In this document: piece after piece, positions 12,340 through 23,779 of the stretch
Layout: the number at the start of each line of letters is the position of its first letter
How positions within the stretch are numbered: position 1 is the first letter of the stretch
Assembly: GCF_006345805.1 (NCBI RefSeq)
Contig: NC_043004.1
Location: 89,342,001 to 89,406,000 of the forward strand
DNA length: 64,000 nt
Direction of reading: 5' to 3'
Source of the DNA: Octopus sinensis
Taxonomy: Eukaryota
Notes under the pieces: generated by a model
What the model was told of the DNA's origin: nothing
What the model saw: only the letters and a program-made list of their open reading frames with translations
Databases searched by the model: none
Translations under genes and position numbers: made by a program

Positions 12340-13080
12340 GGCCTTCGAAAGAATTTTTGCCAGCTGGGGCAAAATTATATTCGTGTGTTGGGATCAAGAG
12401 AACCCTTTTTCAAAATTCAAGAGGGTTGTGAGGGTTTCTTTGAGGAGGACCCCTTAAGGTATTCACAGGGCTCCGGATCTCGTAATATACATTCTGCATG
12501 CAACGATCGTATTCGTATACATTTGTGAGGATTTCTTTTATACGATTTATTTTAATTAAAAAAAAAGTTTCGGCAAGATTTGCGCCCCCCCCCCTAAAAA
12601 AAAACACCCTTAAAAAAATTTTTTTCGACACAACCGCCAACTCGGCTACGGAGAATACAAATCTGCAAAAAAAATTGGCAAAAATTGACATTTCTAAATT
12701 ACCCCCCACCCACCCCCATTTCCTTCATTTTTAACTTTTTTTCACATTTTTTTTTTCTAAATATGCCGAAAAATATGGACATCATGATTCGGACAAAAAT
12801 TTCAAAACATTTCTGTACTTACGGTTTTAGGGTTAGTGTTGAGGGGAAAAGTCAGAATTGAAGAAGTCGGGGTGGGGGGAATTTCACAATGCCAATTTTT
12901 GACAATTTTCCGGAACCTCCGTATCCGAAAACGAGGATATTTGGCAAAAAAAAAAAATTACAAAAATAAACAAATTTGGGAGAAAATGGTGGGGACGGGC
13001 GGAAGTCTTTCCAAAGTTTCGGTTCTGGGGATCCCTGCAACCAAATAGTAAATTGGGGATCCACAATAATAATTTAAGGA
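12340..13080. mobile_element. Putative DNA-transposon-derived segment with internal inverted repeats (class unresolved)
   Basis: 12677-12711 is inverted at 12869-12903; weaker inverted match 12610-12650 vs 12915-12965; homopolymer-rich and CpG-retaining. Confidence 0.35.
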
Positions 13081-13494
13081 CTCCTGAATAAAAATCTGCT
13101 TTAAATGTGTATGTATTGGTATCTACTGCAAGAAACAGCTCCTTTTCTGCTAACATTTTACACAGTCCAACGGACACAAGTTAATGTTTGAAAAACAAAA
13201 TACGAATTTTGAAAGAAGTAACTCTAAAACTAGTCTTTGAATATCGAATGGCAATGGGGAGAGGCACCAGAATGAAATAGTAATCAAAAGGGTCCATAGA
13301 TGGAAAATGATAGAGAACCTTTGAAGTAATATTTTCCATGTTACGCAACGAGCTTCTTTCAGTTTCTGTCTACCAAATCCACTCAAAGGGGTTAGTTGAC
13401 CTGGGGCTATAGAAGACACTTGTCCAAGACCACCAGTCAGTATTTCGTTTAGGCATTGCAGTGCCAATTACATGATGTCAGAACTCAATATACA

Positions 13495-13866
13495 TAGGCG
13501 CAAGAGTGGCTGTGTGGTAAGTAGCTTGCTAACCAACCACATGGTTCTGGGTTCAGTCCCACTGCGTGGCATCTTGGGCAAGTGTCTTCTGCTATAGCCC
13601 CGAGCCGACCAATGCCTTGTGAGTGGATTTGGTAGACGGAAACTGAAAGAAGCCTGTCATATATATGTTTGTGTGTCTGTGTTTACGCCCCCTAGCATTG
13701 CTTGACAACCGATGCTGGTGTGTTTACATCAATTAGTGTTTCGGCAAAAGGTACCAATAGAATAAGTACTGGGCTTACAAGGAATAAGTCCCAAGGTCGA
13801 TTTGCTCGACTAAAGGCGGTGCTCCAGCATGGCCGCAGTCAAATGACTGAAACAAGTAAAAGAGTA
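13495..13866 (+). mobile_element. tRNA-derived SINE, family A, full length. Other copies: 26934-27346, 28294-28712, 31880-32272, 41958-42332, 47000-47412 and 54531-55125 on +; 36126-36510, 43008-43420, 44335-44680 and 58928-59955 on -.
   Basis: A-box-like TGGCTGTGTGG, B-box-like GGTTCAGTCCC, internal (TA)n, conserved tail GGCGGTGCTCCAGCATGGCC...CTGAAACAAGTAAAAG; more than 10 dispersed copies. Confidence 0.85.
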
Positions 13867-14076
13867 TATGCTTCGGAATGGATCGTCAGTCAAATACAGA
13901 GCACTAATAAGATGTTTGGGATGACGAAGGAATAAATAATTATGTTATGAACTTCAATAGCTTGCAGTTGTTTCTGCTATGAGAGAGACAGTGCTCTCAT
14001 AGTTGAGTGCTTGAGTATCACACTATAACTTCATTTGGCTTCAAACAAGAATACACACGCGTGCGCGAACACACGT

Positions 14077-14265
14077 ATTATTGTTGGGTAGGCAGGTTAT
14101 AGGGTTACTCTGGGTTTCTCACTCATAATGGGTTTAGCCTTAAGGCTAAACCCCTTATGAGCAAGAAACCCAGGATAACCCCATGAACTAGCCTACCCCA
14201 CTATAATATTAACTGCTGTACGTCTTAGAGTGTGCTTCTCCTCCAAGTTTATGTATTTCTATAAA
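14077..14265. mobile_element. Centre-deleted copy of the 330-640 palindromic element
   Basis: Perfect palindromic junction GGTTTAGCCTTAAGGCTAAACC at 14131-14152; same right flank (ttaactgct...gtgtgcttctcctcc...tttatgtatttcta). Confidence 0.65.
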
Positions 14266-14284
14266 CGAGATATATATATATATG

Positions 14285-14800
14285 TCATCATCGTTCAACG
14301 TCCATTTTCCATACTAGCATAGGTTGGATGGTTTGACCGGGGTCTGGGAAGCCAGGAGGCTGCACCAGGCTCCAGTCTGATCTTGCAGTGTTTTCTACAG
14401 TTGGATGCCCTTCCTAATGCCAACCACTCCTTGAGTGTAGTGGGTGCTTTTTATGTGCCACCGGCACAGGGGCCAGTGGAGGCTGGCAACAGCCACGATT
14501 GGTTGGTGCTTTTTACGTTGTCACCAGCACGGACACCAGTCAAGGCGACGCTGGCATCGGCCACGTTCGGATGGTGCTTTTTACGTGCCACCAACACGAG
14601 TATCACAACTACAATTTCCATTTGATTTTTATTTTAACGTTGATGTACTTGACTCAGTAGGTCTCCTCAAGCACAGCAGGTCACTCTACGATCCAAGGTA
14701 AGCACAGCAGGCCATCCTGTGAACCATGAACTCACTTTATTTGTCGGGTCTTCACAGTCACAGCATATCTCCAGAAGTCTTGGTCTTTCGTCATTGCCTC
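14285..14800 (-). mobile_element. RTE-clade LINE 3' end (ORF2 tip, 3' UTR, (GAT)n tail)
   Basis: Same sequence family as 47404-48060; tail ...GGACGTTGAACGATGATG. Confidence 0.75.
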
Positions 14801-14804
14801 TATA

Positions 14805-15171
14805 TCTCTATATATATAAACGGTAAAATGTCTGTCTGTGTGTGTGTCATTTATGCAAATCCACAATTTTCCAGCTAGAGGGCTCGCACTTTCTATGGTC
14901 ATTGAAAACTGTCCAGGGGTGGTCGTGCACATCTTTACATTTCCCTGGTTACCCCGCAAAGCCATTAAAAAATCAATAGAAGTGATTCTTTTGTGAATTT
15001 TCTATCCAAAACCCAATCAAAATGCCCGAAACTTGATACACCAATTGAATGCCAGCTAGCTGTATGTGATTGGTCAGAGATTTGGACAGTACTCGCGTGT
15101 ATGTGCGCACGCACACAGCTGTATATGCATGCACTAGCACTATGACCCGGCAACACCGGGTCATAGTGCTA

Positions 15172-15172
<1 letters not shown>
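14805..15172 (+). mobile_element. Non-autonomous Helitron-like element (368 bp)
   Basis: A|TC 5' end and CTAG|T 3' end, no TSD; perfect 18-bp hairpin ACTAGCACTATGACCCGG-CAACA-CCGGGTCATAGTGCTAGT at 15133-15173. Confidence 0.7.

Positions 15173-15173
<1 letters not shown>

Positions 15174-15267
<94 letters not shown>
15174..15267. repeat. (TA)n plus (TG)n microsatellite
   Basis: Direct reading. Confidence 0.95.
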
Positions 15268-16184
15268 TTACTACATATACACAAAACCTTAAAAGATGGT
15301 ATAACATCACTGACTCCAGCTTGTCTTTGTGCCACTTAGCACTACTTGTGAGTTTTTGCAATGCAGTGCAAGTTGCATAAAATTCCAATTATGCATGGTT
15401 CTAACATTATTAATTTGTATTATCTTCATCCTTATGTCTCATTGTCCTTTTATGGGTTTTTTTTTTTTTGTAATTTTGTTCTAAATCATATTACCTTAAT
15501 GTCCTTTCATGTATGGTTGGGTGTGTTAATTTTAACTAGTTTGGCAATTGTGTATATGTCAGTGTTAGTGTTAGAAAAAGTCAGACTGAGTTAATGAGTT
15601 GACAGCCATATATTATCATCATTTAACGTCCGTTGTCCATGCTGGTATGGGGTGGATGGTTTGACCAGGACTGCACCAGACTCCAGTCTGATTTGGTATG
15701 GTTCCTATGGTTGCTGGATGCTCTTCCTAACACCAACTACACCAAGAGTGTAACAAGTGCTTTTATGTATCAGTTATGTGGCACCAGCATCAGCCACATT
15801 GCCTCTATGAGGCCCAACCCTTGAATGGTGTCTGTTATGTGGTACCAGTATATTGGCCACATTTCCTCATATATATAAAAGAGCATTTTAATTTTATTTG
15901 AAGCATTGCATATTGTTTTTAAAAAGGGTTTGAGCAATGGTTAGGCAGAATATGTAAGGTAATGTCAATGAGAAAAAGTAAAAAGAAAGATATTTTATTG
16001 CCTTACATAGATTGTTAAATGCTCCCTAAATATTTCGGGTAAAATTTCCCTTATCAAATATAGGTATCTGCATATAGAAAGAAAAATAAAGAGTTGGGGA
16101 AAATGTGTTATATAGAGATAACTATACACACTTAAATATGTGTATACAGACACACAGTTATATGTGGGTATACATATTTGCATG

Positions 16185-16210
16185 TGTATAATATATATTA
16201 TATATATATA

Positions 16211-16257
<47 letters not shown>

Positions 16258-16915
16258 TCATCATTTTAACTTCCATTTTTCCGTGGGCCAAGCAGAATTC
16301 ATTGAGACATTTTCTACAACCAGATTTGTATATGTACATATATGTAGATATATAACGGAAAAGTTTACGAAAATAAACAAAAGACGAAGGCAGGTGGAGT
16401 ACAAACACATGTATGTAGATGTACATGTACGTATGTATGTATATGTAGATGTACATTACGTATGTATATATATATATGTACATGTACGTATGTATATATA
16501 TATATGTACATGTACGTATGTATATATATATATGTACATGTACGTATGTATATATATATGTACATGTACGTATGTATATATATATGTACATGTACGTATG
16601 TATATATATATGTACATGTACGTATGTATGTATATATATGTAGATAGATTTACGTATGTGTGTGTGTATATGTACGTATGTGTATATATATGTGTGTGTG
16701 TGTAGATGTATATGTCTGTATGTATATATATGTAGATGTACATGTAAGTATGCATATATATGTAGATGTACATATGTATATATATATATATATATGTGTA
16801 GATAGATTTACGTATATACATGTGTGTATGTATATATGTTTGTGTAGATAAATGTATATGTCTGTATGTATAGATAGGTAGATAGATATGTAAATTTGTG
16901 TATGACGCGCGCGCG
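16185..16915. repeat. Compound TA/TG low-complexity tract with a 26-28 bp GTACATGTAC-containing minisatellite (about 16421-16630)
   Basis: Direct reading; explains the stacked YI/VC-rich ORFs. Confidence 0.9.
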
Positions 16916-19900
16916 CCCAACCCATGCCAGCATGGGGAATAGGTGTATTAAAACATCAGTTATTTGTATAATTCAGGACTACCCCTGTAATTGCGGAAAG
17001 AAATACTTCATTCAGTCTTCACATAATTTTTCTGAGTAACCCTTATTCATAATTTAATAAGACATTGACAGGGAAATGTAGTAATAAAGTCTTCTTTAGA
17101 TAGCTCCAAGCTTTACTTAAATTAATTACAAAAAAAAAACTGCTTTAGAATATATCTACATGCTTGGTGTTTCTTCTTGTGTTATTTTTATTTTATTATA
17201 AATTTACACACTCCTTGTTGAAATGATAATTCGTGTGTCCATAAACGTGCGTGTGTATATATTAGTGTACATAAGCGTGTGTGTGTGTGTGCACACGTTT
17301 GCCTCTGTGTGTGCACATAAACATGTGTGTGTGTCTGTGTGTGTGTCTGTGTGTGTGTATGTTTATATATAAGCGCGTGTAGGTTTATTTAAATTAAAGT
17401 ATGTGTATGTGTTGTCTGCAGTCAGCCAATTCCACATTCATTTGAATTCTTTCACGTTCGCTGCTAATCTGAGGTGGTTTTCTCTCCAACATAAACATTA
17501 ACCAGTCAAAGTAACATAATCTGTTGATGAATGATTTCTTGGCGAGGAATGCTGCTAACGTTTTCTAATTCATCTAACGGTGGAACTTCGTTGTTTAGCC
17601 CCAGGTGGACTCTGATCCAACAGGACCTTATGATCAAAAGCATTCCAGTCGTGCCCATCCCAACCCGTGTTTTCTTTTTACGAATATATATAGAACTGAC
17701 TGAGGCAATCTGCGGCCCGTGGAACTTTCTGAATGGCATACCTAACAATTTTTTTTTAAAGTAGTGTGTCCCGCCTGATGATGAGTCATGTCTCATGCGG
17801 CCCGATTCTGGAAAAAGGTTGCCCATGTCTTGGTGTATTGTAATTTTGGTGGGAGATTCGCTATTTCTAGCAGGCCGAGCGATTGTGTTGGTTCATTTCC
17901 TTTCGTTGATATATCCAGCTGATATGATCAAAGATGTTCGAACCATTACCTATCCTATAGGCCTATAATCATGCCATCACTAACTTAACTATTCTTTTTT
18001 CATGCGAACAGTGTCCCTGAGTAATTAACCTCGGCAATGTATTATTTTAGTCTTTTTCTTAATAGCCTCCATTATGAGTTTGTCTACCTTTCGTCTTTTC
18101 AAGACGATAGGGTATAATTTGGGAGAGATTTGGCCGCTATTTCTACCAGATCTGGGTGACCTGGCCATTATACATTCTTGTGAAGCTACATACGTGTGGG
18201 CATATTGTTAATTCTGGTTACACTTCTTAACAGTATCACTGATGAGAAAATCAGGTGCAAGACATTTTTTTTAATTGCTTTCCCTCGCTTATTCCACCTG
18301 TTAATGGCTACAGACTGGTTCCTACAGTGTTGTTATTTAACCCCGATCGAACCGACTTTCGAACAAAAACATTCCGGCCGTGACATTTCTTTATTTTTCG
18401 GGGACATTTAAGACGACATTCTCCAATGTGCCCTTCCTATCTTTTAAGGCGGCAGGGCATGATTTTAGGGAGGTATGGCTGTTATTTCTAGCATGATGAA
18501 CAACCACTTACAGGCTACAGGCTCTCGTGTTTGGTCGATAAAGTGTTTAGTAATGTCTGTCTGCTCCATAGTTAGCGAGGGAACTATAACTTATCCGTAT
18601 TTTTGTTCATGTTTATCGAGAATATAAAAGATCGGCACAATTTATATGTCAAATATTTACATAGATATATAAACTCGCATTCCTCACATGTTACATTGAA
18701 CAATGGATGTTTTGGTGTGTCATAAACACACTGTCGTTTGCTTTAGTTTTTCCCATTACTATTGCCTATTCTTTCCTATGGAACTGGATATTTAATTTTC
18801 TTTGTTCATAACTGGATATATTCTTTACAATTTGTTTGCAGTTTTGTTAGTATTAAACTTAAAATTTTTTGTTTTCATTCTTTCTTGTGTGTGTTTGCGT
18901 GACTGTCCGAAAAGCAATTATCCCATGATGTCGAAACCTAGTGATTCCGTCTTAAATGTTGATATTTTCTGTGTTGCTTTTACAAGAAACTTGATGCAAT
19001 CGGAATTGCTTTACTTTTAGATTGGCATGAACATCGCAGCTTCTCAGATTTTCTTACTCTGTTAATTCTAATTATTTATATTTAATGAATTTTTTCTTTT
19101 GTTCGGTTAAGTTAATCTAGACATAATTTTTTTGACTTCGTAAAACGAGCAATTTTCTTGAAATTTTTCCTCCTTTTCACCCTCTTTAGCTGTTACCGCA
19201 CTAATTCGAATACAATGCGATCGTGATTATGGTGCAGTACCAAAAAAAAAATCACTAACAGTTCATTTTAACCTATTTTTACATTCGAGAATAATGCTAG
19301 CCCACTCCCCTGAAATTTCGACCATGTTGTCAATGCATGAATAACCCTCGTTAGTACAAAATGAGGGAATGTAAAGAGCATAGAAATAGTAACTGTCGTG
19401 CTCTGACTTAATTCACCTTACCCCTCTTTTGCTGCGGTTACCACTAGAACCTACAACAAACAGGACGTGAGCTTAATGACTGAGGCTTTCTACGTGATCG
19501 CTCGACATTGTTTAAAATTACCAGTCAAATTTCTCTCAGGTCCCATTCAAGTACCTTTGGATATCCCGGACTTTATGGTGTGAAACAAATCTTAAAACAA
19601 AAAAATGATAGTCCAAATCATTTTGTTTTACTCTTCGTGCAAAAAATATGGGTCATATGCGTCGTTGTATCCTTTGCTTGTTTCAGTCGTAAGACTGCGG
19701 CCAAGCTGGGGCACCACCTTCAAGGATTTAATCGAACAAATTTACCTCGGTACTTAATTTTCTTTAAACCTGGTACTTATTTTATTGATCTCTTTTTTGC
19801 TCAACAGCTACGCTGTGGAACGTAAACAAACCAACACCGGTTGTCAAGTGGTGGCTGGGGTGCAAACACACACCTACATAGACATGTACGGTGGGTTTCT

Positions 19901-21489
19901 TTCAATGCTTTGGTCAACGCAGGGCTATAATAGGAGGCACTTGCCTAAAATGCCATACAGTGGGACTGAATCTGGAACCATGTGGTGGAGAAACAAACCT
20001 CTTACCACACATCTACACTGCACCTATGCATAAAGAATGTTCAACACAAGTACAGCTTGCCAACTGTGACCATCCCACCTCTATCCGAAAGAATCAGACA
20101 TGTTTTCAAATCCGTGCCAATGTAAACATTCCAAATATTGCCACCTTCATGACCCTTGACAATAGTTTCCAGTTTAGGTACAAGGCCGGCAGTTTTGAGG
20201 CAAAGCAAAGGAGCCAGTCAGTACCATAAACTCTCTCCCCCAATCATCACACCCAATACTGATCTGGTACTTTATTTTATCGACCCACAAACTGTAGAAG
20301 ACAAAGTTGATTATCAGGATTGGAACCTGAAATGTAAAAGGTCAGAAATATTGCTAGGCTTCTTTCTCTCTTTCTTTTTTTTGTTTTCTTCTTCCTTCTT
20401 TAATGATGCTGCCAATCCACTAATCGATAACGCATGTCATAAAGTGTATAACAATGCACAGCAACCTAAATTAAATCAGACCAAATGTTTTTGTTTTGAA
20501 AAGCTCAGATTCTCAAAGAGATGAAAAGGAAGGCAACTGGATGGATGATCCTGGCTGGAACACCTTTAATCATGGATCCATTCCATTAGGGCTGACTTGT
20601 AGCTAAACAACAATAGCATTACATTATATATATATATACACACACACACTAGCTTAACAGCTGCACTCTATGCAGACTTTTAGGCTTGCTCCTGCAGAGG
20701 GCTAATTCCGTATATATAGCTAGCTCCAGTGGAGGGCTAATAGGACTCGTGGCCCAAAACTAAAGAGAACTAAATAGCATGACTATATGCCCTGTTGGTG
20801 TTTGATCAGGAGTTAAGGACGGATGAGAATCAATTCTGTAATGCAATCATTCTATTGATCCAGTCCGAAGTTGAATTCCAACTGTTGACCAATTTGTCCC
20901 AAAGTTCTTATCTCAACATAAAATTGACAAAGCGAATGTCTTTTATCTCCCTCTTAATCTTTGATGTCATCTGACAAATGCCAACCAAGATGGTGTGAAT
21001 AAGCCATGCTTTACCTGCTAGAAATAGCAACTCAACTGCTTTTAAATCAGATCACAACGCTTGATGTACAAGAACCAAACGAAGGGCAGGTTTTCAATCC
21101 CAGGATTATCTTGATTCCAAAAAAGGTATGATATGTCTATGTAGAGCAAAAGTAGACTGAGATACAAGGGTCCCAAATGGACAAACAGAATTTCGCTTTT
21201 ATTATTATAGACATGTATATATAATTTAGGTAAAGTGGCACTAGGAGTAATATTTTGCAGAGAGACTCCCAGACTAGTATGATTAATGCAGATGGTATCC
21301 ATCTTGATTGTAAAACAGTTTTATTCTGTTATAGATATACACGCACAAATTTTATTGAAGCTGAAACTTCAAATTTTATACGACACTGAATTTCACATCT
21401 GTGGTCTTCAAATGAAGTTTGGGGAATCAAATTATAATCAAAGATCTCAGATTTGCACTTTAGCACAAAATGTGAAATTTCAGCTTTAA

Positions 21490-21705
21490 CCCTTTGGCAT
21501 TTAAACCAGCAATGTCCAGCCCAAATATTCTGTCTGCTTTAGGCTAACAAACCAGATCTGGATTCTCAAACCTCTCCTGCTATGTCGTTCTAGAAATAAA
21601 CAACCACATCATCAAAATTGCTAAGCTACAAGATAATGCATAATTAATTCTAAACAATGAATAAATAAGCATTACAATTGATAGAGTAATCTGAATGCTA
21701 AAGGA
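21490..21705. mobile_element. TTAA-flanked MITE (piggyBac-like), family D. Other copies: 25672-25863, 44117-44324, 52449-52990 (LINE inside), 54676-54895.
   Basis: TTAA-CCCTTTGGCATT...AATGCTAAAGGA-TTAA, i.e. TIRs plus TTAA target duplication. Confidence 0.8.
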
Positions 21706-22920
21706 TTAATCTATATATTATCTAACACTTGCAGCATGCCATCTTGTTTGCACTGAAGTCATCATCATCATTTTATGTCCGCTTTCCATGCTAGCATGGG
21801 TTGGGCAATTTGACTGAGGTCTGGCGAAACAGATGGCTGCACCAGACTCCAGTCTGATCTGGCAGAGTTTCTACAGCTGGATGCCCTTCCTAACGCCAAC
21901 CACTCCGAGAGTGTGTTGGGTGCTTTTACGTGCCACCAGCACAAGGGCCAGTCAGGTGGTACTGGCACACACCATATTTGAAGGCATACCAAATAACATT
22001 TTTTTCCAAAAAATGTCTCAAAAATACACCCCAGGTCTTATATGCTAACCCATAATCTAAATTTGTCCCTGAGACTCTCCTTTTTCTGAATATCTACTGC
22101 TGAAATCAAGGTGCGTCTAATATGGCTGTCTTTTGTTCCATGAAATACAATATATAAGATTTTTAGGCTTGGCCTTTTATCATTTAAACTGGCCATATCC
22201 AGCTAAAATATTCTACCTATTTTATGTTCAAACCAGCTAGATCTGGCTTCTCACACCTAACCTAAAATGTCATTCTGAAAATATACAATCACATCATCAA
22301 AATAAGCTACAAGTCAATACCTGATTAAATCAAAACAATACGAATATAAAAGCATTACATTTTGACAGAGTAATCTAAAGGCTTAACGATGATCTGTCAT
22401 TATGCATCAACATCTTTTTGTGTGTGTATGTGTGTTATATATTTTACAACTGGTCAGTGATAGTCCATTGTGTTGTATGCATTAAAACCAAAATGCATAT
22501 AATGGGTTATAAAATTGCTGCAACAACCTAAACTGTTTGCTAAATAAATGTCCATATGGACGGATCTCTGTCAGTTTCAGCAATGAATACTCGTGTTATT
22601 TGATCAGCTCACTTAATGTGTAAGTGACTGAGCATTCCACAGACGCAAATATCTATCAAAAAGATAGAATTGGTATTTTCTGCAAGTCATGTTGCCTCAA
22701 TCATCAACATCTTTATCATATATCCATTTTCCATGCTGGCATGGGCTGGATGGTTTGACAGGAGCTCTCCAGACTCCAATTACCTGTTGTGACATTATTT
22801 CTACAGCTGGATACCCTTCCTAAGGCTAAACGCTTTACAGAATGTGCTGGGTACTTTTTACATGGTGTGTTTATGCAGCACAGGCACCTGTAAAGGACAA
22901 GCTTATATGTATGAATAACT

Positions 22921-23310
22921 GTGGTTTTACTTAGCTCCACACATCTCAAATACAGTAAATCACCACAACTCCTGGTCCCTTCTCATTTCCTCAGTGAGGC
23001 CCTACATTCAAAAATCCCTTCTCACCAGTTCATCTCGCATCTTTCTGAGTCTACCCCTTCCACAATTAGAGCTCAGCACTTCTTTATGCAGTTGTCCTCA
23101 TCCATACACATCACATGACCAAACCAGCACAGTTTTCTCTCTTGTACACATCTAATACCTCTTATACCCAGTTTTCTTCTTAAATCATTTACACTCGGTC
23201 ATGCATGCACTCTGACATTGCCCATCCAGCAGAGCAGGCTAGCTCCATTTCTTTCAAGCCTTCGCAAGTCTTCTGTAATCAAAGCCCATGTTTCACTGTC
23301 ATGTAGCATA
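22921..23310 (-). mobile_element. RTE-clade LINE ORF2 C-terminal fragment
   Basis: Colinear with 38080-38905 and 47880-48060. Confidence 0.65.
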
Positions 23311-23779
23311 GCTGTATGTTCACATGAATAAACTTGATATATCTCAACAGAAAATAGTTTCAAACATGACATTCTTCAGCAAACGATTGAGATATATATA
23401 TATATATATCATCATCATCATCATCATCGTTTAACGTCCACTTTCCATGCTAGCTTGGGTTGGACGATTTGACTGCGGACTGGCGAACCAGATGGCTGCA
23501 CCAGGCTCCAATCTTGATCTTACCCAAGGTGCCACGCAGTGGGACTGAACCCAGAACCATGTGGTTCGTAAGTAAGCTACTTGCTACACAGCCACTCCTA
23601 TGCCTACATGTAGAAATTAAGCTGGCTTGTATATATATTTCGTCCTCATTCACTTTTTCTGACCATTTGCAGAAAAATTGAAGCACAGTTAGTACAAGTC
23701 GGTATTGGTGTTGTGATGGTCTGTTATAATTTGAGGTCTGGTGACATATCACTCCAAATGAGTTGCATTCAGAAAGTTA

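Noticed and set aside
14973-16925. Long YI/VC-rich ORFs on both strands
   Set aside because: Translations of TA/TG microsatellites.
17506-17826. 106-aa minus ORF as a nested gene
   Set aside because: No recognisable domain; it overlaps a short dispersed repeat (GGAATGCTTTTGATCAT...GGGCTAAACAAC) and a hAT-like end.
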